Positions 55,224-64,000 of a stretch of 64,000 bases of DNA are shown here, one piece after another. The position numbers and the translations under genes are program-made. Numbering within the stretch: the first letter of the stretch is position 1; each line of letters starts with the position of its first letter. Below the pieces are notes generated by a model that was given only the letters and a program-made list of their open reading frames with translations, was not told where the DNA came from and did no database searches. This stretch comes from an uncultured Verrucomicrobiae bacterium (GTDB taxonomy: Bacteria; Verrucomicrobiota; Verrucomicrobiia; Limisphaerales; Palsa-1400): NCBI GenBank assembly GCA_963702845.1, contig OY969763.1, positions 3,520,001 through 3,584,000 on the forward strand, written 5' to 3'.

Positions 55224-55258
55224 AAAAGGGCGCGGCTGATTTTCGATCAGCCGCACCC
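55224..55258 (-). terminator. Rho-independent terminator after the SWIB gene
   Basis: aaaa-gggcgcggctgat-tttcg-atcagccgcaccc. Confidence 0.7.
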
Positions 55259-55284
55259 ATTGAATTTCAAAACCTCGACGAGGT

Positions 55285-55590
55285 TTACTTGACGTGCTTG
55301 GACACGAGCTTGGTCATTTCGAACATGCTGACCTTTTTCTTGCCGCCGAAGACAGCGGTCAGGTTTGCATCAGCATTGATGTTGGTCTTGACCTTCTTGT
55401 CCTGCAGACCGTTTTTCTTGATGTAAGCCCAAAGCTTTTTCGTCAGTTCAGTCCGGGGCAGCGGCTTGCTGCCGACGACGGTCGCCAAGGTGGCGTCCGG
55501 TTGGACTGGTTTCATGAATGCAGCGTTTGGGGTACGCTTGGTCTTTTTCGCCGGTTTCGTTGCTGGTTTGCTCTTTTTCGTTGTAGCCAT
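55285..55590 (-). CDS. Stand-alone SWIB/MDM2 domain protein with Lys-rich N-terminus
   Basis: AFMKP...PRTELTKKLWAYIKKNGLQD...INAD...VSMFEMTKLVSKH. Confidence 0.92.
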   Translation of the reverse strand: MATTKKSKPATKPAKKTKRTPNAAFMKPVQPDATLATVVGSKPLPRTELTKKLWAYIKKNGLQDKKVKTNINADANLTAVFGGKKKVSMFEMTKLVSKHVK

Positions 55591-55952
55591 GCACGTATCT
55601 GAACAGCGAAATTCTGGAATGCAACAATAAAATACACGGTTCTCATTGCTATTTTACCTCGACAGATTTGAAAAACAAAGAAGCAACTAAACGAACACAT
55701 CTGAAGGAGCAATTTCACAAGCCGAAAAAGTCCAGGCCCATTCACGATTGCACTGTAACACGGCGCTTCTTACCAACCCACGTTAAGCGCTCCGAAGTTG
55801 GTTGTGCTCGTCCGCCAACTGCGCTTCACCAGTGCCCGGATCACCTGAGACTTTTCCATTTCAGCTTGCCGACAACGCGAAACATTGCATAGTATTTGCC
55901 ATTGGTTGAATACCTGAAAAGGCATTCGCCAACTCTTGAATTTAGCGTGGAT

Positions 55953-56028
55953 GGGGTCGTAGCTCAGTTGGTAGAGCGTCTCGTTCGCAATGAGAAGGTC
56001 AGGGGTTCGACTCCCCTCGGCTCCACCA
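55953..56028 (+). tRNA. tRNA-Ala(CGC)
   Basis: 76-nt cloverleaf GGGGTCG...CGGCTCCACCA, G3:U70 pair, anticodon loop TT-CGC-AA, TTCGA T-loop, encoded CCA. Confidence 0.97.
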
Positions 56029-56116
56029 TTCTTCGCGCTTTCCTTTTTCGTAATTGCCTCTCGTCCTCCCCCGAATTGACGCCGCCCTCAAATCACACCA
56101 TGCTTCTATGACAGCT

Positions 56117-56674
56117 ATGAAATGGCTCCCTTTGATTTTAATCGCCGGCGTCATGCAATCGTTCGCCGCAGATCCGGCAAACACCAAAACGAATAAACAA
56201 GCTATGGTCCAGGTAAGATTTCTCGACGACAAAGGCCAGGTCGGCCCTGTCACTTCCATTCCCAAAGTAGTTAAAAGCGACGAAGAATGGAAAAAGCAAC
56301 TGACGCCAGAACAATACCGCATCGCTCGCGGCAAAGGGACCGAACCAGCTTTTTGCGGCGCGTTTTACGACAACCATAAACCCGGCGTTTACGTCTGCAT
56401 CTGTTGTGGTCTGCCCCTGTTTACGTCGGAAGCCAAATTCAATTCCGGCACCGGTTGGCCCAGCTTCTTCCAACCTGTCGCCAAAGAAAACGTCATCAGC
56501 CATTCCGACACCAGCTACGGCATGCGCCGCACCGAAATCCTCTGCGCGCTTTGCGACGCGCATCTCGGCCACGTCTTTGACGACGGCCCAAAACCGACCG
56601 GCCTCCGTTATTGCATGAACTCCGCATCGTTAGTCTTCAAGGAAAACAAAAACCTAAAAGACGCCACCCATTGA
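56117..56674 (+). CDS. msrB: Peptide-methionine (R)-S-oxide reductase, exported
   Basis: [38 protein letters not shown]; signal peptide. Confidence 0.95.
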   Translation: MKWLPLILIAGVMQSFAADPANTKTNKQAMVQVRFLDDKGQVGPVTSIPKVVKSDEEWKKQLTPEQYRIARGKGTEPAFCGAFYDNHKPGVYVCICCGLPLFTSEAKFNSGTGWPSFFQPVAKENVISHSDTSYGMRRTEILCALCDAHLGHVFDDGPKPTGLRYCMNSASLVFKENKNLKDATH

Positions 56675-56833
56675 TTTGTAGTAGACGAGGTAACGAGTTT
56701 CTGATCTTACGTCGTGCAAGCGCCGTAGGCGCGCCATGTCTATAGAATAAAATCAGAAACGGCGGAAGCTCCGCTAGGAGCGACACGTCGTTTTCGGCGA
56801 AACCAACACCCCTCGAACTTCGGCTGGAAAGCT

Positions 56834-57724
56834 CTACCCCAACTTCAAATTCTTCAAAACCCCCGTCACAGAATTCGCCTTATTAAGCGTATAAAAATGC
56901 AACCCCGGCACGCCGCAGCGCAACAACTCCGCGCATTGCTTCGTGGCATATTCAACTCCGAACGCCGCACACGCTTCATCATTGTCCGCATATTTATCCA
57001 ACTCCGTCACCAGCGACTCCGGCAAATCCGCCCCGCACAACTTCGTAAACCGTTTGATCTGACCCGCGCTTAAAATCGGAATAATCCCCGGACAAATCGG
57101 CACCGTCACACCCTTCTTCGTCAGATAATCGCGAAACCGAAAAAAATCGTCGTTACTGAAGAATAGTTGCGTGAGGACGAAATCCGCGCCGCAATCGATC
57201 TTGGTCTTCAGATGATCCCAATCCACCTCGCGCCCTTCCTTGCACGCGATGTGGCCCTCTGGAAACCCAGCCGTGCCGATACAAAATCCATCGAGTTCCT
57301 TGATGAACTTCACCAACTCATACGAATACTCAAACCCGCCTTCGATCTTCTGAAACACGCCATTCGCGCCGCCTTCTGGATCACCGCGTAGCGCCAAAAT
57401 ATTTTTAATTCCTAACCGCTTCGCCTCATTCAAAACATCGCGCAACTGCTCCACCGTCGAATTCACACAAGTCAAATGCGCCATGGCCGTCAGCCCATGC
57501 CGACGCTGAATCTGGTCCACGATCATCAACGTCTTATCCCGAGTGCTGCCCCCGGCACCATAAGTGACCGAGCAATAATCCGGCTTCAACTGGAGCAACG
57601 TCGGAATAGTTTTCTCGAGCAAATTCCGATCCCCCTCTTCGGTCTTGGGCGGAAAGAACTCGAACGAAACCACTGGCTTGTGCGCCGCGGCCTTCTTCGC
57701 ATGAATGTCCCGAATAAACTGCAT
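56834..57724 (-). CDS. metF: 5,10-methylenetetrahydrofolate reductase
   Basis: SFEFFPPK, SVTYGAGG, AHLTC, LALRGD, TQLFF, LHFYTLN. Confidence 0.95.
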   Translation of the reverse strand: MQFIRDIHAKKAAAHKPVVSFEFFPPKTEEGDRNLLEKTIPTLLQLKPDYCSVTYGAGGSTRDKTLMIVDQIQRRHGLTAMAHLTCVNSTVEQLRDVLNEAKRLGIKNILALRGDPEGGANGVFQKIEGGFEYSYELVKFIKELDGFCIGTAGFPEGHIACKEGREVDWDHLKTKIDCGADFVLTQLFFSNDDFFRFRDYLTKKGVTVPICPGIIPILSAGQIKRFTKLCGADLPESLVTELDKYADNDEACAAFGVEYATKQCAELLRCGVPGLHFYTLNKANSVTGVLKNLKLG

Positions 57725-57967
57725 CCATTCAGTATGCGGAAGAAATCCAACCGGTTCAAGCACTCCACGCATGAGAGTATCAACGTCGAAACCATCCGCG
57801 TTCATTGCGTCGTATCAAACTTGCATCGTTTTTCGTCAATCAACGATCCGCCGCAACACAGGTAAAACTTTAATCGTCAGAGTTGGTCACAATTTGTGAC
57901 CACCTGATGGTTTCAATCTTCCAACGAATGAACTGCATCGGCAGTGCAGAGAACGTTCACGTATAAA

Positions 57968-58885
57968 TCATTTCGGCGCTGCTGCCGCATTCTCATGCCG
58001 CACCGAATTAAGCTGCACCACCGTCACATACGGCACAAAACCGATCGCACGCTCCTTCGCGTAAGCATCTGCAATCGACGCCGGCTTCTTCGCGTAATCC
58101 ACAGCCAGCACAAGTTTGCCGGCGCGCTTGATGTCCAGCGCATTGTCACGATTCTCCTTGGCCCATCGCTGCGTCGCAGGTTTGTCGTGGGCGAGATAAA
58201 AAACGTCCTCCATGCCGATGCCATCGATAGCCTGAATGTAAGTCTGGTTCGGCGTGCCATCCCAATACGACCAATTGTAAAGTTCCGGCGAATTTTGCGG
58301 GACGACCTTGAAATTTGGATTGATCCCCTTCGCATATTTCGAAACCCGGCTTATCAGCTCAACCATCTTGCGCGCCAATTCCTCACGCTTCATTTCCTTG
58401 GCTGGGATTTCCTCATACGCGGTAATCATGTCCAGATACGCGCCGTCGAACCCCGCCCGCAACGCCTGATCGACGCGCCCCTTCACAATCGGCCACCAGC
58501 GCTCATCCCAGAATTTAACGAGGCGCTCCTTCGGCCAGCCCTTCACCACGCCCACCTTCAAATCCTCCGGAAACTCCTTCCATTCCGGCCGATAATTCTC
58601 AATCGCGCCGATCTCAAAATACGCCAGCACGACCACGCCCTTCTGCTTCACCGCGTCAATCTCGTCCTTGCTGAAGTAGCCCTCCTTGCCATCGCGCGCC
58701 AGGTCAAAACCGGCGTTCGCGATTTCGTCGAGCTTGCTGTCTTTGTACGTAGTCAGTTGATAGACCCAGCTTTTGACCGAGTTGGAGTCGCGCCCAGCGA
58801 AAGCGGGTGACGCGCCGAGGCAGAGGCATATCAATGCCGCCAAAAAAGGAAGTTTGGGACATTGCGGATAGAAAGGTTGTTTCAT
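57968..58885 (-). CDS. Endo-alpha-1,4-polygalactosaminidase-like (GH114 / TM1410-MJ1477) glycoside hydrolase
   Basis: LAYFEIGAIENYR, AGFDGAYLD, VPQN, GIGMED, AVDY. Confidence 0.85.
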   Translation of the reverse strand: MKQPFYPQCPKLPFLAALICLCLGASPAFAGRDSNSVKSWVYQLTTYKDSKLDEIANAGFDLARDGKEGYFSKDEIDAVKQKGVVVLAYFEIGAIENYRPEWKEFPEDLKVGVVKGWPKERLVKFWDERWWPIVKGRVDQALRAGFDGAYLDMITAYEEIPAKEMKREELARKMVELISRVSKYAKGINPNFKVVPQNSPELYNWSYWDGTPNQTYIQAIDGIGMEDVFYLAHDKPATQRWAKENRDNALDIKRAGKLVLAVDYAKKPASIADAYAKERAIGFVPYVTVVQLNSVRHENAAAAPK

Positions 58886-58986
58886 AAATTTCTTAAAGTT
58901 ACTGCGACGGCACAGAATTCAGTTCCACGACGGTCAATTTCCCGATGCTGCGACCATCAAAAATACACGTCAAGACCTGTCCTTGC

Positions 58987-59016
58987 TTGACACGATCGAA
59001 TAGCGTGATGTAGTTT
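58987..59016 (+). promoter_or_regulatory. Candidate sigma70 promoter
   Basis: TTGACA at 58987 and tgTAGTTT about 17-18 bp downstream. Confidence 0.45.
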
Positions 59017-59139
59017 CTACACTACAGCAGCAGAAAGCTGCCGTCCACCCTCGCGCCGTGCTTCGCGATGGCCTGCAAACCAAAAGCATTTACCGGAGCG
59101 CCGAACAATGTTTCGGCGTTTTCAGCTTTGAAAGGAACC

Positions 59140-61719
59140 ATGGCCCAGGAACACACCAAGCCAGCTCATCGCCACACCAGAGGTGTGCCCGGCCCAAATT
59201 GGTTCTATCCTGTCCCAATTTGTCCGCAGCAGTTTCCAAACGTACCTACTTGTATCCAATTGCCCGTCATAGGAGAGTTTCGGAGAGTTGCGGGAAGTTG
59301 CGGTTTAAAAACATACCCCCCGGTAGCCACTAAAAACTTGACCGTTTCTTTACCGTTTCTTGACCGATTTTTAAGGTTTCAAAACAGCGCACCCTTGATA
59401 CTCAATACGTTCCGAAAAATGACACGTATCACCAGTCAAGTTTTGCACGGGTTGGACGTTGGACGTTGGATGTTGGAAGTTCGACGTTCGCTTTCATCCG
59501 AACCTAACCGAAGCTATCCGAACCTAACCGAACCTAACGGAACCAAAATTTTCATCCTTTGCGCCTTTTGTGCCTTTTTGTGGCCACTTCTCTGCTCAGC
59601 AATTGAGCCACCCACCATCCCCATCGGTCTCGATGCCTATCGCCAATGGCAACACTGGCCGTGGCAACGCATCGGCGTCCGCGCCTACATGCGCAGCACC
59701 TACGATCGTTCCGGCGGCAATGAAGGCGCTGATGCCAGCCATTTCCTCTACCAACTCGACGACAATCAAAACGTCACCCTCGACGTCGCTGGCTCCGGCA
59801 TTCTTTACTTCGCGCGCTACAACCATTGGCACGGCAGCCCGTGGCATTACACCGTCGACGACACAGACCACATCGTTCAAGAATCCAGCACCGCAGATCC
59901 TCTGCATCCAAAAGAAAATTCTGTGTTCGTGCCAACCAGCGCATTCCCAAACCCACTCGCATGGACCTGGTCCGACACTCGCGGCGCAGATCTAAGCTGG
60001 GTACCCGTCCCGTTCGAAAAAAGTTTCCGCATGGCCTACACCCGCACCCATTACGGAACCGGCTACTACATTTATCACCAATTCGTCCCCGGCATAAAAC
60101 TCTCGCAACCGATCAAATCATGGACCGAATCTGCGCCCGACGCGGACGTTGTGGAACTCCTCAACCCAACCTCCACCCGCTACCGCGCCATCGATGCCAT
60201 CGAAGGGAAAACTTATTACACGAACGCATTCGATGCCCCGCTCCGAATCGAAACCAAAGACCCATCCGCCATCAACACCATCGAATTTACCGTCCCAGTA
60301 AAAGACGCCGTCGAATTCGACCGCTCGACATTGCGCATCACATGGGATGACGCAAAGCAACCCTCCGTCGAAGCCCCCATCGCCCTCTTCTTCGGGGCCG
60401 GCACACTCTACAATCGCGACAACCGCGAATACCTCGTCAACGCCTTCCCCGTTTCCATCCATCAGGATAGAACCGAGATGTTCCTCGCCTGCTTATTCCC
60501 GATGCCATATTTCAAAAGTGCCCAAATCGAAATCATCAACCACGGCCCCAACAAAATCACTCCAGCCATCTGGGTCCATACCGTCCCGCTCACCGATCCA
60601 AAAGAATTCCTCACCTACTTCCACGCGACCTATCGCGACCATGGAACACCCGAACCCGGCAAAGATTTAGTTCTTCTAGACACGAAGCAAACCGAAGGCG
60701 GCGGCGATTGGTCGGGCCATTTCATCGGCACCTCATTTATATTCTCCGACCGCGCCGTCCTCGGCACGCTCGAAGGCGACCCGCGTTTCTTTTTCGACGA
60801 TAGCCAAACCCCACAATGCTACGGCACCGGCACTGAAGAATGGGGCGGCGGCGGCGATTACTGGGGCGGTCGCAACATGACCCTGCCCTTCGCCGGCCAT
60901 CCCACCGGCGCGAAATCCGACAAGGAATCCAAATGTGACGAAGACAAAATCGAATCCGCCTACCGTTTCCTTTTGGCTGACCTAATGCCCTTCGGCAAAA
61001 ACGCCAGGATTCAACTGGAACACGGCGGCGAAAACCAATCCACCGAACACTACCAAACCGTGACTTACTGGTACGGCGTCAATCACCCGACCCTTTTCAA
61101 AACCGACACGCTAAATATCGGCGACATCGAAAGCGAAAAAAACCACAACTACAATTCCCCCGACGCCTGCGCTCCATATCAAATCACCTCGCGCTACGAA
61201 CTAGGCCCCGATCATTTGAAGGACGGCAAAGAAGTCTATCCCACAACCACTGACACCGCTCGCAGAACAAAAACCTTTTCCGCATTCACACTGAAACTCG
61301 ATCCCCAAAACACCGGCGTAATGCTCCGCCGCAAACTCGACTACTCCTATCCAAACCAACGAGCCGAAGTTTTCGTGGCAGATCCTGATCCCTCTCTCGA
61401 TGAATTGAGGTATAGTGTGATGACGATACCTACTCGATGGAAGCCAGCCGGCATCTGGTACACCGCCGGCGGCAACATCTGCGTTTACTCAAACCCAAAA
61501 GACGAACTCGGCTCCGTCCAACACAAACTGGAAACCAGCAACCGCCAATTTCGCGACGACGAATTCCTCCTGCCACTCAACCTAACGAAAGGCCGCTCTG
61601 AAATCCGCGTCCAAGTCAAATTCACCCCCGTCGAAATCCCTTTCTACCCGGGCGGCCCCATCCACGACCTCGCGTGGAGCGAGATCCGTTACGACGCCTA
61701 CTGTTGGCTCGTGCCGTAA
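59140..61719 (+). CDS. DUF2961 (GH172-like) glycoside hydrolase; N-terminal extension built from repeats, true start uncertain (59140, 59419 or 59470)
   Basis: STYDRSGGN, PMPYFKSA, LEGDPRFFFD, GTGTEEWGGGG, QLEHG; aaagga RBS before ATG 59140. Confidence 0.8.
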   Translation: MAQEHTKPAHRHTRGVPGPNWFYPVPICPQQFPNVPTCIQLPVIGEFRRVAGSCGLKTYPPVATKNLTVSLPFLDRFLRFQNSAPLILNTFRKMTRITSQVLHGLDVGRWMLEVRRSLSSEPNRSYPNLTEPNGTKIFILCAFCAFLWPLLCSAIEPPTIPIGLDAYRQWQHWPWQRIGVRAYMRSTYDRSGGNEGADASHFLYQLDDNQNVTLDVAGSGILYFARYNHWHGSPWHYTVDDTDHIVQESSTADPLHPKENSVFVPTSAFPNPLAWTWSDTRGADLSWVPVPFEKSFRMAYTRTHYGTGYYIYHQFVPGIKLSQPIKSWTESAPDADVVELLNPTSTRYRAIDAIEGKTYYTNAFDAPLRIETKDPSAINTIEFTVPVKDAVEFDRSTLRITWDDAKQPSVEAPIALFFGAGTLYNRDNREYLVNAFPVSIHQDRTEMFLACLFPMPYFKSAQIEIINHGPNKITPAIWVHTVPLTDPKEFLTYFHATYRDHGTPEPGKDLVLLDTKQTEGGGDWSGHFIGTSFIFSDRAVLGTLEGDPRFFFDDSQTPQCYGTGTEEWGGGGDYWGGRNMTLPFAGHPTGAKSDKESKCDEDKIESAYRFLLADLMPFGKNARIQLEHGGENQSTEHYQTVTYWYGVNHPTLFKTDTLNIGDIESEKNHNYNSPDACAPYQITSRYELGPDHLKDGKEVYPTTTDTARRTKTFSAFTLKLDPQNTGVMLRRKLDYSYPNQRAEVFVADPDPSLDELRYSVMTIPTRWKPAGIWYTAGGNICVYSNPKDELGSVQHKLETSNRQFRDDEFLLPLNLTKGRSEIRVQVKFTPVEIPFYPGGPIHDLAWSEIRYDAYCWLVP
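59451..59586. repeat. Three adjacent repeat modules: (GTTGGAN)x5, (CCGAACCTAA)x5, (TTTGTGCC)-type
   Basis: 59451-59489, 59498-59547 and 59558-59586. Confidence 0.9.
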
Positions 61720-61771
61720 ACAATCAACGTGTTGCGGTCAGCCGAAAGTTGGCGCACACTAAACGCTTTTC

Positions 61772-63739
61772 ATGCTTAACATTTCCGACGTCAGCAAATC
61801 ATATGGTCCTCGTACTCTGTTCGAAGACGTGTCCCTTCAGGTCAATCGCGGCGACCGCATCGGCCTTGTCGGCCCGAACGGCGCGGGCAAGACCACACTC
61901 TTTTCGCTGATTCTCGGAACCGAGAGCAGCGACACCGGCACGGTCAGCTTCGAGCGCAACGTCACCATGGGCTACCTGCCCCAGGAAAGCGCGCCGGCTG
62001 GCGAAGAGACCGTCCTCGAACTTGCCACCGCCATCACCCCTGAGATCGCGGACCTCCAGAAAAAACTCAAAGCCTGGGAAGCCTCGCATCCCGACGAAAT
62101 CGATCCGCACGATAACATTCATCAGCGCTTCGACGAACTCGGTGGCCATCAACTTGAGCCGAAAGCGAAAAAGATTTTGGCCGGACTCGCCTTTCGCGAA
62201 AAAGATTTCAATCGGCCACTCAAAGAACTCAGCGGCGGCTGGGTCATGCGTGCCTATCTCGGGCGTTTGCTCGTGCAAGAGCCCGACCTGCTCATTCTCG
62301 ACGAACCGACCAACCATCTCGACCTCGAGTCGCTCCAGTGGTTCCAGGATTATTTGGAGCACTATCCCGGTGCGATCCTGATGATTTCCCACGATCGTAA
62401 CTTCCTGAACCAACTCGTCGGCTCCATTGTCGAAATCCGCCAGAGCAAACTCATTCGTTATCGCGGCAACTACGACGATTACCTCGTCCAACGCGAAGCG
62501 AACGAATTGCAATTGTTGGCCGCTTACAACAATCAGCAGAAGGAAATCGCGCACCTGATGGAGTTCGTCACCCGTTTCGGCGCCAAGGCAAGCAAAGCCT
62601 CGCAAGCGCAGAGCAAGCTCAAGCAAGTCGAGCGCATGGAAAAAATCGAAGCGCCGACCAACGATGATAAAAAGATCAAATTCCGCTTTCCGCAGCCGCA
62701 ACGCAGCGGCCAAAAAGTCATTACGCTAAAAGACATTCATCACGCCTACGGTCAAAACGTGATCTACCGGGGAATGGAATTCCTCGCCGAACGCACCCAG
62801 CGCACAGTGCTCGTTGGACCGAACGGCGCTGGAAAATCAACCTTGCTTAAAATCCTCGCAGGCGTTCTCGAATTCCAATCCGGCGAGCGGATTCTTGGCC
62901 ACAACGTCAAGGCCGGCTACTACTCGCAATACCGCGTCGACATGTTGCAACCAAATCGCACCGTGTTCGACGAAGCCGCCGATACACCTCAGGCCGTCAC
63001 CGAACAATTCATTCGGACGATCCTCGGTTCGTTTCTTTTTCGCGGCGATGACGTCTACAAAAAAGTGAGCGTCTTGAGCGGTGGAGAAAAAAGCCGTCTC
63101 GCTCTCGTGAAGCTTTTGCTCGATCCGCCGAACCTCTTGTTGATGGACGAACCCACGACACACTTGGACATGGCCAGCATTGACGCCCTGCTCGGCGCGT
63201 TGAAGCAATTTGAAGGCACCGTTATTTTCATCAGCCACGATGTCTATTTCATTCGCGAGCTTTCGAACCACGTCGTCCGCGTCGAAAACGGCAAACTGCA
63301 ACATTTCCCCGGCGGCTATCAATATTACTTGGACAAAACCGCGCAGACCTCAGCGCTGCACGCATTGACCGCATCATCGCAAGTCGCTCAAAAATCCGCA
63401 CCGGTCCAGAAACCTGTAGATAGGAAGCTCGAAAAACGTCTCGAGGCCGAAAAACGGCAGGAACGTTCGCGTCAACGCAAAGCGTACCAGGAAAAAGTCA
63501 CCAACTTTGAAGCGCAGATTCTGAAGCTGGAAACGAAGCAGCGCGAACTCACTGCCGAATTGGAAAAGCCCGGGACCTATGAAAAGTCCGGCCTGGCCAA
63601 TAGTCTTAACCGCGACCTCGCGCGCATCAGCGATGAACTCGACGAGTTGACGCCCCAATGGGAAAAGGCCGCCGCCGACCTCTTGCACTGGGAAAAAACC
63701 ATCGCGACTGAAAGCCAGAGCGAGCCAGTTTCAAATTGA
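61772..63739 (+). CDS. ABC-F family ATP-binding protein with C-terminal coiled coil
   Basis: Two GPNGAGK(T/S)T Walker A motifs, LSGGW/LSGGEK, LDEPTNHLD/MDEPTTHLD; no TM segments. Confidence 0.95.
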   Translation: MLNISDVSKSYGPRTLFEDVSLQVNRGDRIGLVGPNGAGKTTLFSLILGTESSDTGTVSFERNVTMGYLPQESAPAGEETVLELATAITPEIADLQKKLKAWEASHPDEIDPHDNIHQRFDELGGHQLEPKAKKILAGLAFREKDFNRPLKELSGGWVMRAYLGRLLVQEPDLLILDEPTNHLDLESLQWFQDYLEHYPGAILMISHDRNFLNQLVGSIVEIRQSKLIRYRGNYDDYLVQREANELQLLAAYNNQQKEIAHLMEFVTRFGAKASKASQAQSKLKQVERMEKIEAPTNDDKKIKFRFPQPQRSGQKVITLKDIHHAYGQNVIYRGMEFLAERTQRTVLVGPNGAGKSTLLKILAGVLEFQSGERILGHNVKAGYYSQYRVDMLQPNRTVFDEAADTPQAVTEQFIRTILGSFLFRGDDVYKKVSVLSGGEKSRLALVKLLLDPPNLLLMDEPTTHLDMASIDALLGALKQFEGTVIFISHDVYFIRELSNHVVRVENGKLQHFPGGYQYYLDKTAQTSALHALTASSQVAQKSAPVQKPVDRKLEKRLEAEKRQERSRQRKAYQEKVTNFEAQILKLETKQRELTAELEKPGTYEKSGLANSLNRDLARISDELDELTPQWEKAAADLLHWEKTIATESQSEPVSN

Positions 63740-63770
63740 TGAAGGGACAATGGGCCGATACAATCCAGCA

Positions 63771-64000
63771 ATGCCTGTCGAGCCCTTGAGTGTGTTCATC
63801 GCCCCGTGCGATGACTCGCCGACCGGCTGGCGCGGATTCTACGAGCACATTCTGAAACTCCACGATCTGGCCCAGGAAAAACGGCACAAGATCGTGAACG
63901 ATCCGGCAAAGGCAGATCTGATTTTGCTGACCGACAGCAACGACGACGATCTGTTCCTGTCGTTGCGCAAAAACCCGTTGGTGAAGCGCTATCCGGAAAA
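63771..64000 (+). CDS. Partial CDS, possibly exostosin-like glycosyltransferase N-terminus
   Basis: Open to the window end: MPVEPLSVFIAP...HKIVNDPAKADLILL...NPLVKRYPE. Confidence 0.4.
   Translation, partial: MPVEPLSVFIAPCDDSPTGWRGFYEHILKLHDLAQEKRHKIVNDPAKADLILLTDSNDDDLFLSLRKNPLVKRYPE

Noticed and set aside
55953..56028. tRNA-Ala as an integration site for an island
   Set aside because: No integrase nearby, and I saw no duplicated tRNA 3' end in the window.
57725..57960. SAM/SAH riboswitch upstream of metF
   Set aside because: I could not recognise conserved aptamer motifs by eye; an Infernal search would be needed.

Overview
A 64 kb bacterial chromosomal window, most likely Verrucomicrobiota (Pedosphaera-like). 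This rests on a prepilin/H-X9-DG protein, a stand-alone SWIB protein, an Ig/RCC1 surface protein, a 'STDLTNW...RFYR' C-terminal motif and lineage-style palindromic repeats. Housekeeping genes (priA, gcvR-like, metH, metF, uppP, fba, msrB, an ABC-F gene, tRNA-Ala(CGC)) are mixed with hydrolases and CAZymes, an alpha-2-macroglobulin, a C-protein/Dcm-like/MvaI-BcnI-like/Vsr restriction-modification island, and an expanded MglA/MglB-roadblock GTPase locus with a REC-DUF4388 regulator. The interval ~32.3-44.2 kb carries many single-base indels and two in-frame stops, probably assembly error. The most unusual signal lies in four repeat-rich islands (~7.8-8.3, 10.07-10.19, 10.9-11.4 and 59.0-59.6 kb). 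They are patchworks of different short direct-repeat modules at 8 or 10-11 bp spacing, with IHF-like spacers and G/C-run boxes. They resemble phage or satellite cis-acting sites (iterons, att arms, packaging ends), yet no phage, integrase or Rep gene is present. One island reads in frame into a DUF2961 glycosidase and supplies its hydrophobic leader. All assignments come from reading motifs by eye; no database searches were run.
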